From Bryobacterales bacterium (GTDB lineage: Bacteria; Acidobacteriota; Terriglobia; Bryobacterales; UBA6623): 64,000 bases of DNA. Position 1 is the stretch's first letter. Each line of letters begins with the position of its first letter. The DNA lies in NCBI GenBank assembly GCA_965116065.1, contig OZ220485.1:3112989-3176988 (forward strand), read 5' to 3'. Under the pieces are notes generated by a model, which made no database searches, was not told where the DNA came from, and saw only the letters and a list, made by a program, of their open reading frames with translations. Shown piece after piece: positions 1 to 8,126 of the stretch. The position numbers and the translations under genes are program-made.

Positions 1-944
1 AGCGGGCCAACATGCCGGTCTACGCACTGCTGGGCGGCAAGGCTCGCAACGGTGCGGATGTCTACCGGCATGCATCCGGATCGAGCCTGGAGGAGGTGGA
101 GGATTCCGCCCGCGCCTACATCGAGCAGGGTGTTCGCCATGTTCGGATCCAACTGGGCCTCCAAGGGAACGCCAACTACGGTGCCCGCCATGGCGGGGAC
201 AATCCGGGCGGCTTCCTCGGGGCCCCTTCGGGAGGACCTCATGATGAACGCATGTACGAACCGACTCCGTACCTGCTGAGCGTGCCCAAGCTGTTCGCCC
301 ATATGCGGGACAAGCTGGGTGAGCAGATCGAACTCCTGCACGATGTGCACGAACGCATCACGAATGCCCAGGCGATGTGGCTGCTGAAACGGGTCGAGGA
401 GTATCGGCCGTTCTTCATCGAGGATCCGGTCTCGCCGGAGCAGATCGGCTACTTCCGCCACATGAGGTCCCAGACAACAACCGCAATCGCAATGGGTGAA
501 CTCTTCAATTCACCGCATGAGTTCACTGGGCTGATCGCGGACCGACTGATCGACTTCATCCGCGTTCACATCTCGCAGATTGGCGGTCTGACTCCGGCCA
601 GGAAGCTGGCGGCGCTCTGCGAGTGGTTTGGCGTCAGGACAGCCTGGCATGGCCCGGGCGACACGTCGCCAGTGGGGCACTTGGCGAACATCGCGTTGGA
701 TGTGAGCTGCTACAACTTCGGTATCCAGGAAGGTCGGACCTGGCCCGATCCGGTTCATGAGGTATTCCAGGGCTGTCCGCGGCTGGAGAACGGCTTTTTC
801 TTCCCCAACGAGGCACCGGGGTGGGGGATGGAAATCAACGAGGAACTTGCGGCTCGGTACGATTTCGACTCGCGCTACGACACACCGTTCGACTACCACT
901 GGGGCACCACGCGGCGCCGCGACGGATCGATCATCCGTCCCTGA
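1..944 (+). CDS. Enolase-superfamily sugar-acid dehydratase (D-mannonate/D-galactonate dehydratase-like), C-terminal part; the 5' end lies outside the window
   Basis: ORF 12..944 is open to the window edge. The translation (YALLGGKARNG, IELLHDVHERIT, FIEDPV, AMGELF, WHGPGDTSPVG) looks like the mandelate racemase/ManD-RspA family by recall. Confidence 0.8.
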   Translation, partial: RANMPVYALLGGKARNGADVYRHASGSSLEEVEDSARAYIEQGVRHVRIQLGLQGNANYGARHGGDNPGGFLGAPSGGPHDERMYEPTPYLLSVPKLFAHMRDKLGEQIELLHDVHERITNAQAMWLLKRVEEYRPFFIEDPVSPEQIGYFRHMRSQTTTAIAMGELFNSPHEFTGLIADRLIDFIRVHISQIGGLTPARKLAALCEWFGVRTAWHGPGDTSPVGHLANIALDVSCYNFGIQEGRTWPDPVHEVFQGCPRLENGFFFPNEAPGWGMEINEELAARYDFDSRYDTPFDYHWGTTRRRDGSIIRP

Positions 945-1508
945 AGGGACTTGCGAGCACTGCGACGGGGCCCATCTCACCCATGGAACATCAGTGAGCA
1001 ACGATCCGAACTTCGGGCGGACGTAGCCGAGATCAAGGCGGCAGCGGACGCCGCGGAGCGCCGAGAGGTGGAGGCAGGCACAGGAAGCTCCCAAGCCAGT
1101 GCTCCGCGAGACCGGACAGAGATGTCGGGCTTACAAGTAGATTCCCGGGTAGACGGACTCGATCAGTCGAAGGGTATCGGCAACTGCCGTTTGCCGTTTC
1201 TCACATCCCGATCGCGTATGGACGCTCGCCGGTCACGCCTCAGTGCCCGACTCGTCTAGATCCCCGCCGCGCGTAAGCAGTTTCGCGTCCGACCACTCCG
1301 TCAGTACTCGGCCACCTTCCGCCGAATGCGGTGCTGCGGTCGGAGTACCTTCTCGGCGGTGCCTACCCCGCAGCCTCGACCCTGCGCTATGTGGCGATCG
1401 AGCCGGCTTGAAGACCACCTACGTTGCGACTGCGACAATTCCAGCGTCACCGTCCGACAATCAACAGCCCAGTTTCTGAACAACTCAACCCCGACGACAA
1501 GCCAATCT

Positions 1509-1941
1509 CATACATCCTGACCTCGAGGGTAAGATTGTGAACCCGTGCTAGCGGTATGGTGTCGGCCGCGAAGGGCGCCTTGACGTGGAGGCGGGGCTAC
1601 AGGCCCTGTGCCGTCGCGGCACAGTCGGCCATCCTGCGCAGGATGAGCAGTCGGCGGGGCGGCCAGCGCCTGATCCGCTCTTGAGGTGCACGACGGGGAT
1701 GCGCCGGGGCAGTGCCCTGCGTGGCCGCTGGACTGCACACGCTGGTCGACCCGCTCGGGACGGCCGTACCCTGGGCGAGTGGCAGCGTGTTCGCAGGAGC
1801 GCTCGGCATGGTTTCGGGTTCACGATCGTATCTGCAACTCATATCTTCTGCCAAGCCCCCGGCTCCACCGAAAGCCTTGTATTTCAATGGTTTTCAGGCT
1901 ACGATGGGTCAATGATCTGCCCCCGAAGGTCAGGATGTCTG
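1509..1941 (-). mobile_element. Miniature (433-bp) internally deleted derivative of the IS at 20503..22835 (copy A)
   Basis: The termini CATACATCCTGACCTCG (1509) and CGAAGGTCAGGATGTCTG (ending 1941) match both ends of the full-length element. The interior joins the transposase 3' remnant directly to the 5' leader and start region. Confidence 0.75.
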
Positions 1942-1979
1942 AGCCTGTGCGAAGCGAGTGTGGCGCCGGTCGGTGCGAC

Positions 1980-2722
1980 ATGGGGCTGAACGGATCATCC
2001 GAGAGGGCTTGGCGACACCGGTAGCGGAGCCGCCAGCGGTGCCCCTGCCCGCGCCGGTGGTCTATCCCGATTCGGACGGTCACTTCCTGCCAGCGAACCG
2101 CCCGCAGGCGCGCCATCGTCAATCTGCGCAACTCCTTCGACTGTCACTTCACACCCGGCGCCAATGGCGTCGTGGAAGGCGACATGTTCATCTACTATCG
2201 CGAAGGCGACCCCAGCGCCAGTGTCGCACCGGACCTGTTCGTGGTGCTAGATCACGATCTGGGAGAGCGCATGGTCTACAGGTTGTGGGAGGAGGGCAAG
2301 GTGCCGGACTTCGCGGTGGATCTGGTCTCCCCCTCGAGCGAGGAACGCGACGAGCGCAAGAAACTCGCCCTGTACGAGAGGTGGGGGTTCGGCGAGTACT
2401 TCCTGTTCCAGCCGGATCCGAGTCACCCGGAGCCGCGTCTGAAGGGTTATTGGCTGCGCGGGGGACCGACGAGCCGATCCGTCCGGAGCCGAGGGAGCCG
2501 GGCGGCTGGTACAGCAGCCCGGCGTTGGGAGTGCAGTTGCGGGCGGAGGGGACCAACCTGCGCGTGCGCGCCGCGCGGACCGGGGAGGAGTACGCCTGGA
2601 CCCGGGAGTTGCGGCTCAAGTTCGAGTCGATGCGGGAGCTGGTAGCAGCCGGGCTGAGCGGGCAGAAGCTGAGGTTCGGCTGGCGGAATCGGAAGCTCGG
2701 CTGCGTCAGGCCAAGGAGAAGT
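1980..2722 (+). pseudogene. Uma2-family (DUF820) putative endonuclease, frameshifted paralog of 3336..4160
   Basis: It aligns at nucleotide level with 3336..4160. The reading frame is split between ORFs 1958..2842 and 2172..2645. A 2-nt deletion relative to the paralog lies near 2095-2115, and a second frame change follows RLKGYWLRGG. Confidence 0.75.
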
Positions 2723-2849
2723 GTTCTGTCGCTCGTTGATTTCCCACGAGTCGGACTGGCGCTTGCGACGGGCACCAGCCACCGTCAGTTGACCATTCAG
2801 GACTTGGTTGCCGTGTTGGTTCTCAAATTGAGACTGGGGTAAATCGATC

Positions 2850-3102
2850 GGGGATTATATACTCGATTGCCCAAATCGTGATATGATCTTATCCGAATCC
2901 TGACTGAGGACATCGAGATGGCGAATAGGGTCTCCGGCAAAGCCCACCGCGAAGGCATCAGCCTGGTCGAGTTGTTCCAGATGTTCTCGCATGACCAGGT
3001 GGCGCAGGAATGGCTCGAAGAGCAGCGATGGGGCGGCGGGCGGTGGTGCCCGCACTGCGGCTCGTTCAACGTCCGGCTTGGGCAACGAGGTATATAATCC
3101 CC
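2850..3102 (+). mobile_element. 253-bp IS1595-family-derived miniature element keeping only the N-terminal zinc-ribbon stub of the transposase
   Basis: It has perfect 13-bp terminal inverted repeats, GGGGATTATATAC (2850-2862) and GTATATAATCCCC (3090-3102). It is flanked by the 8-bp direct repeat AATCGATC (2842-2849 and 3103-3110). The internal 59-codon ORF 2918..3097 reads MANRVSGKAHREGISLVELFQMFSHDQVAQEWLEEQRWGGGRWCPHCGSFNV, which resembles the IS1595 Zn-ribbon N-terminus. Confidence 0.8.
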
Positions 3103-3335
3103 AATCGATCCAATCGGGGCGCTTTCGCCCACCGGCCCCATCTGTCGCAGGTGCCTGTCCAGAGGGTCTATCCAGGAGGCTCCCGCGAGTGCCTCCAGAT
3201 GCCAACGGAAGTTCGTCGAGCCGGACTCATGGCACCGTCGCAGGCCGCCGCACACTGGCACGTCACGGCGTTGGCAACTCCCGGTGGACCCCGTGATATG
3301 CTACGCCAAGCGGGTGTGGCACCCGTCGGTGCGAG

Positions 3336-4160
3336 ATGGCGGCTGAGCGGATCATCCGACAGGGCTTGGTGGCACCGGTAGCGGAACCGCCACCGGTGCC
3401 CCGGCCCGCGCCGGTGGTCTACCCCGATTCGGACGGTCGCTTCTTGCCAGAGAACCGCTATCAGGCGGACGCCATCGTCAATCTGCGCCTCGCCTTCGCC
3501 GATCACTTCCGGCCCGGCTCCAAGGTCGTCGTGGAAGGCGACATGTTCATCTACTATCGCGAAGGTGACCCCAGCGCCAGTGTCGCACCGGACCTGTTCG
3601 TGGTGCTGGATCACGATATGGGGGAGCGGATGGTCTACAAGCTGTGGGAGGAGGGCAAGGTGCCGGACTTGGCGGTGGAGGTGGTCTCCCCCTCGAGCGA
3701 GGAACGCGACGAGCGCAAGAAACTCGCCCTGTACGAGAAGTTGGGGTTCGGCGAGTACTTCCTGTTCCAGCCGGATCGGAGTTACCCGGAGCCGCGTGTG
3801 AAGGGCTACCGGCTGCGCGGAGGAGCCTACGAGCGGGTCCTTCCGGAGCCGGGGGGCTGGTACAGCAGCCCGGCGTTGGGAGTGCAGTTGCGGGTGGAAG
3901 GAACCAACCTGCGGGTGCGCAACCTGCGGACCGGCAAGGAGTACGCCTGGAGCCAGGAGGTCGGCCCGAAGTTCGACTTGCTGCGGGACCGTGCGGAAGC
4001 GGAGGCCGAGGCGCGCCGAGAGGCCGACAGGAGGGCGGAAGCGGCCGACAGGAGGGCGGAAGTGGCCGACAGGAGGGCGGAAGAGGAGGCCGAGGCGCGC
4101 CGAGCAGCTGAGGTCCGGCTTAAGGAATTGGAAGCGCGGCTGCGTCAGGCCCAGGACTGA
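3336..4160 (+). CDS. Uma2-family (DUF820) putative endonuclease with C-terminal coiled-coil tail
   Basis: The 274-aa ORF contains PDSDGRFLPEN, GDMFIYYREGD, APDLFVV, VPDLAVEVVSPSS, YEKLGFGEYFLFQP and an EAEARR/LKELEARLRQ tail. These are typical of Uma2 proteins by recall. Confidence 0.85.
   Translation: MAAERIIRQGLVAPVAEPPPVPRPAPVVYPDSDGRFLPENRYQADAIVNLRLAFADHFRPGSKVVVEGDMFIYYREGDPSASVAPDLFVVLDHDMGERMVYKLWEEGKVPDLAVEVVSPSSEERDERKKLALYEKLGFGEYFLFQPDRSYPEPRVKGYRLRGGAYERVLPEPGGWYSSPALGVQLRVEGTNLRVRNLRTGKEYAWSQEVGPKFDLLRDRAEAEAEARREADRRAEAADRRAEVADRRAEEEAEARRAAEVRLKELEARLRQAQD
4022..4084 (+). repeat. 21-bp x3 in-frame tandem repeat inside the Uma2 tail
   Basis: GGCCGACAGGAGGGCGGAAG(C/T/A) occurs three times back to back and encodes ADRRAE(A/V/E). 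The frameshifted paralog lacks this repeat. Confidence 0.9.
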
Positions 4161-4390
4161 TGTTCTGTCACTCGTTGATTTCGCGAGAGGCGGACTTGCG
4201 CTTGCGACGGGCACCGGCCACGGTCAGTTGACCATTCAGGACTCGGTTTCCGTGTTGGTTCTCAAATTGAGACCAGGGTGAATCGATCCAATCAGGTCGC
4301 TGCGCCCAACAGGCCCTATCTGTCGCAGGTGCGTGTCCAGAAGGTCCATCCAGGGTGCTCCCGCCAGTGCCTCCAACTACCGATAGTGCC

Positions 4391-4443
4391 ATTGTTAAAC
4401 CCGTGCTAGCGGTATGGTGTCGGCTGCGAAGGGCGGCTCAACC
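4391..4443 (-). mobile_element. Miniature element copy B, short fragment separated from its remainder by an IS insertion; the outer terminal repeat is missing
   Basis: ATTGTTAAACCCGTGCTAGCGGTATGGTGTCGGCTGCGAAGGGCGG matches copy A positions ~1535-1580. The homology stops at 4443 and resumes near 6695. Confidence 0.6.
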
Positions 4444-6694
4444 CTAGTTCGCCATTTTACAAATTTTACAACAGGCAAGTCCTTGTAAATGAACGGCATA
4501 CGGGTTCACGCAGTGCCATTATGGCACTACAGGATTGTGCACGCTGCGCCGTTTTCAGGCAGCCGGTGTCCGCGTGCGTATGCGGTGCAGACCCGGCGTC
4601 ACCCCCGCTGCCCGCGCCAGGGCGGCCGCTGGCGGGTCCGGTCGGCTGTCCTGCCGGCACACGATCTGTGCGCCGGTGTCCGTCTCCAAGGTCGTCGTGA
4701 TCCGTTCCCAGCCGGCCAGCTTGTGCCGGATCGTCGTCCAACTGTCGGTGATCTCATGATCCCGCAGACGCCGGCGCAACAGATGCACCCCGTGATACGC
4801 CAGCACCGCGATGAACAGGTGCGAGCGGATGCGGTCCTTGCGGGCGTGCCAGATCGGTCGCAGACCGATCTCCGACTTCAGACTGCGGAACGTGGCTTCG
4901 ATGTCGGTGAGTTGCCAACAGGTCCGCACGATGCGTTCCAGGTCCCAGTCGGTGTGGCTGGTGCGCAGCACGTAGGTCCCGGCCCGGGCGTCCTTGCGGG
5001 CGTGCTGCTGGTTGCGCTCGAAGCGCACCGCCGTGGCCCGCTCCGGCTCTCGCCGACGCGGTTTGCGCGCACCGCCACGTGGCCCTTTCGCGGGCGCCTT
5101 CTCCGTGGCGCTGGCGGCGGACTCGGGGTCGGTCCCGGGCCCGGCGCGCTCGACCGTGAGCGTGTACTGTCCGGCGACGCGGCGGTAGCGTTCCTTCAGG
5201 CGCCCCAGCCGCTCGACGACCTTGTCGTAGCGCTTCGTGCAGCCCTTCTTGGTCAGACCCGCATCCAGCGCCTGCAACTCCCGCTCGAAGCGCTCCCGCT
5301 GCTGCCCCAGGATCGCCGCGTCCTTCGCCTGCCGCTCCTCGCTCCAGATGCACAGTTCGCTCTCCCCCTCACTCTCTCCTTCCCCCTCACTCTCTCCCTC
5401 CGTGTCGCTGTCCCCCTCGGCGCGGCGCAGTCGCCAGACCCGCGCCTTGCTCCCTTTCCGGGTCGGAAACTCCATCTCCGGGGCCTCGGCGGGCGGATCC
5501 TGCTTGCCCCGCCGCACGCTGATCCAGTCATAGCCCCGCTCCCGCAGCCAAGCCAGCGTCGCCTGCGTCGACAGTCCCGCATCCATCACCACCGTCGGCC
5601 GCGGTCGGTCCCCCCGCAACGCACCGAGGCGCTCGATCGCCGCCGCCAGCGTGGCCGGTTCGGAGACGTTGCCGGGCAGGATCTCGCTGTGGCAGGGAAA
5701 CCCGCTCTCGTCCAGGCTCATGGCCAGCGTGACCAGCGGGCAGTCGTTGCGTTTCTGCTGCGAGCGACCATGGCGCAGGTCGTCGCGGGGACGACCGTGA
5801 TAATGGACGTTGGTGAGATCGTAAAACACAATCGTATCCGGCAGTTGCAGGAGATCCCGTTCCCGCTGGAACAGGGCGTTCTCGAGCGCCTTGCGGTGCT
5901 GCCAGAGCAGGTCGGTGAGGCGGTAGAGCCGGGACAGCGAGGGCGGCAGGGAGTGGGACAGGCCGAGCAGTTCGAGGGTGGCACTGCGCTCGGTCAGCCA
6001 GGCGTGTGCGGCGCGTTCGGAGGAGGGGTGCAGCATGCGGGCGACGACCAGGGCGGTGGCGAGGCGGGCCTGGCGGGAGGAGACGCCGAGGGACTCCAGG
6101 GTCGCGGTGAAACCGAGTTCGGCGAGGGCGTGCAGGGCGAGTCGTTCGGCGCCCACGGAGCGGACCCGACGGTGTGCGAGGGAGTCGAGATGGACCAGGG
6201 CGAGGTCGTTGCCGGCGGGCTCGGCAGGGGCGGTGGAGGCGAGGCGATCGGCGAGGCGCTGAGCGACGGACAGGAGCTGGGGATCGGCGTCGAACAGGGG
6301 CTGCTGACCGGAGCGGAGGGAGTCGATGAGCTGGCAGAGAGTGGGCCATTGTGCGGGAGGGACATCGAAGTGGGAGCCGAGGTTGAGTAGGGTGATTTGG
6401 CGGACGGAGTCGCCGGAGCGGACGGAACGGACGAGTCGGAAGGTGGAGTAGGGCCGGGCGCCGGGGCGGGAGCGGGAGCCGGTCCGGGTTTGGCGAATGA
6501 ACATGCTGCTATCAGCATGGCGCAGAAGAAGCCGCGATGGGGGTATCAGGGGCCAGAAAATTCATTACTTGGCACTACAGACCGCCGATTCATTGTAAAT
6601 CAAATGTAAAGTCACTGATATGGAGTGGTTTAGGAGGTCACCTCGATCTGGGAAGCGCCGAAAATACCGCTATTTCAGGGCTTGGTTGACGAAC
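4444..6694 (-). mobile_element. IS1634-family (IS4-like) insertion sequence nested inside miniature element copy B (exact termini unresolved)
   Basis: This 2.25-kb segment interrupts otherwise contiguous homology to copy A and carries transposase 4555..6504. Candidate imperfect terminal repeats are TTTTACAAATTTTACAA (4455-4471) and TTGTAAATCAAATGTAAAG (6593-6611). Confidence 0.7.
4555..6504 (-). CDS. IS1634-family DDE transposase
   Basis: The 649-aa ORF starts MFIRQTR. It contains VFYDLTNVHYHG, PLVTLAMSLDESGFP, VVMDAGLST and a C-terminal WQLTDIEATFRSLKSEIGLRPIWH (YREK-like) region. Confidence 0.9.
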   Translation of the reverse strand: MFIRQTRTGSRSRPGARPYSTFRLVRSVRSGDSVRQITLLNLGSHFDVPPAQWPTLCQLIDSLRSGQQPLFDADPQLLSVAQRLADRLASTAPAEPAGNDLALVHLDSLAHRRVRSVGAERLALHALAELGFTATLESLGVSSRQARLATALVVARMLHPSSERAAHAWLTERSATLELLGLSHSLPPSLSRLYRLTDLLWQHRKALENALFQRERDLLQLPDTIVFYDLTNVHYHGRPRDDLRHGRSQQKRNDCPLVTLAMSLDESGFPCHSEILPGNVSEPATLAAAIERLGALRGDRPRPTVVMDAGLSTQATLAWLRERGYDWISVRRGKQDPPAEAPEMEFPTRKGSKARVWRLRRAEGDSDTEGESEGEGESEGESELCIWSEERQAKDAAILGQQRERFERELQALDAGLTKKGCTKRYDKVVERLGRLKERYRRVAGQYTLTVERAGPGTDPESAASATEKAPAKGPRGGARKPRRREPERATAVRFERNQQHARKDARAGTYVLRTSHTDWDLERIVRTCWQLTDIEATFRSLKSEIGLRPIWHARKDRIRSHLFIAVLAYHGVHLLRRRLRDHEITDSWTTIRHKLAGWERITTTLETDTGAQIVCRQDSRPDPPAAALARAAGVTPGLHRIRTRTPAA

Positions 6695-7176
6695 CAAGGT
6701 TGAGGTGGAGCGGCTGCTGGCCCTGTGCCGTCGGGGCACGGTCGGCCATCCTGCGCAGGATATCGAGGAACGGTTTGCAGGGCAGCCAGCGCCTGCTCCG
6801 CGCTGAGATGCACGACAGGGATGTGCCGGGGCAATGCCCGGCATTGCCACTGCACTGCACACGTTGGGCGACCCAGGCATCGCTCGCGGGGCCGGTCGGC
6901 GTGGCGCGCTGAAGGGACGACCGGGACCGAAGCCAGCTTGCTGACCAGCCCATCATCGGTGGTGGCGCAGGAGAACTGGGACGAACCGATCGGGACGGCC
7001 GTACCACGGGAGAGAGGCAGCGTGTTCGCAGGAGCGCCCGGCATGATTTCGGGTTCACGATCTTGCCTGGAACTCACATCTCCCGCCAAGCCCTCGACCC
7101 CACCGAAAGCCCTGTATTGCAATGGTTTTCAGGTTACGATGTTCCCATGACCTGCCCCCGAGGTCAGGATGTCTGA
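6695..7176 (-). mobile_element. Miniature element copy B, main part with intact left-end terminal repeat
   Basis: Homology to copy A and to 17247..17690 resumes here and ends with CCGAGGTCAGGATGTCTGA at 7176. Copy B has about 95 bp more internal sequence than copy A. Confidence 0.7.
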
Positions 7177-7401
7177 ATCTACGATGCGCTCCGCCAGGCA
7201 GGTGCCAGCGAGGAACCTGCGTATACTGCAGTGCAGAGGATTTGCGACGTGGCATCTGCAAATCTCATTACCCAGATGTTGGCCAAGATGGACGCCATGA
7301 ACGCGGATATTGCGGCCCTGAACGCCAAACTGAACATGCTGATGTGGATGATCGGAGCCGCTGTTGCGGTGATCGGCCTGATCGTACGGCTGTCGAGTTA
7401 G
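7177..7401 (+). pseudogene. DUF1640-like small coiled-coil/C-terminal-TM protein, 5' end replaced by the miniature-element terminus
   Basis: The frame IYDALRQAGASEEPAYTAVQRICD...LNMLMWMIGAAVAVIGLIVRLSS begins immediately after the in-frame TGA that forms the element end (7174-7176). The first possible start is GTG 7231. This is a paralog of 7606..7854. Confidence 0.5.
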
Positions 7402-7605
7402 CGGTTCCCTCGTCTGTTGCATCCCAAATCACGGAGTTCATAGCCGACCCGTCCCTGCGGAGGCGGTCAGTCGGTCCGTCTGGATCTGCTTGGTCCCCAG
7501 ACCCTGACGGGCATCCGAGGAACTTAGAATAGACACCGTGTCGTCGAGAGCGACGAGATCTCACAGCCGTACCAGTGGTCGGCCCACCGCACTGCTAGTG
7601 GTCGG

Positions 7606-7854
7606 GTGTGCTACGATGCGCTCCGCCAGACAGGCGCCAGCGAGGAACCCGCGTATACTGCAGTGCAGAGGATTTGCGACATGGCAACTGCAGATCTCAT
7701 TGCCCAAATGTTGGCCAAGATGGATACACTGAAGGTCGCAATCTCAGCGCGGAAGGCTGTGATCGCGGCCCAGAACACCAAGCTGAACATGATCATGTGG
7801 ATGATCGGAGCCGCTGTTGCCGTGATCGGCGTGATCGTACGGCTATCGGGCTAG
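7606..7854 (+). CDS. DUF1640-like small protein (coiled coil plus C-terminal TM helix)
   Basis: The 82-aa ORF has a GTG start. YDALRQTGASEEPAYTAV...KLNMIMWMIGAAVAVIGVIVRL follows the DUF1640 pattern by recall (FDT..L..AG..E.QA... then W..G). Confidence 0.6.
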   Translation: MCYDALRQTGASEEPAYTAVQRICDMATADLIAQMLAKMDTLKVAISARKAVIAAQNTKLNMIMWMIGAAVAVIGVIVRLSG

Positions 7855-8126
7855 AAGTTCTCTCGCCTGTCGCATCCTGAATCATGGGGGCACATAGCCT
7901 ACTCGTCGCTGCGAAGGCTGCCAGTTGGCTCGGATGGGCCTGCCTGGTTCCCGGGCTCGGACCAGTATCCAAGGTGTCTGCCATGCATGTCACGCAGCCG
8001 GAAGCGACGAGATCTCGCGACAGCACTGGCGGAGCGTGAATTGCACGGGGACGATCGGAAAGATCCACCGCGCTCGGCAGTCCCTCGCCGTGTCTCTCAT
8101 TCCTTGACTTTCGACCAGACCCGGAC

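Noticed and set aside
4522-4540. TGGCAC-N5-GATTG near the IS1634-like end (also TTGGCAC at 6570-6586), reminiscent of a sigma54 -24/-12 promoter
   Set aside because: The spacing of the GG and GC elements is off by 1-2 nt from the consensus at both sites. They are more simply read as subterminal repeats of the IS.
4489-6390. 633-aa plus-strand ORF
   Set aside because: It lies antisense to the well-supported IS1634-family transposase. The translation is Arg/Gly/Pro-rich low complexity, as expected for the shadow frame of a GC-rich gene.
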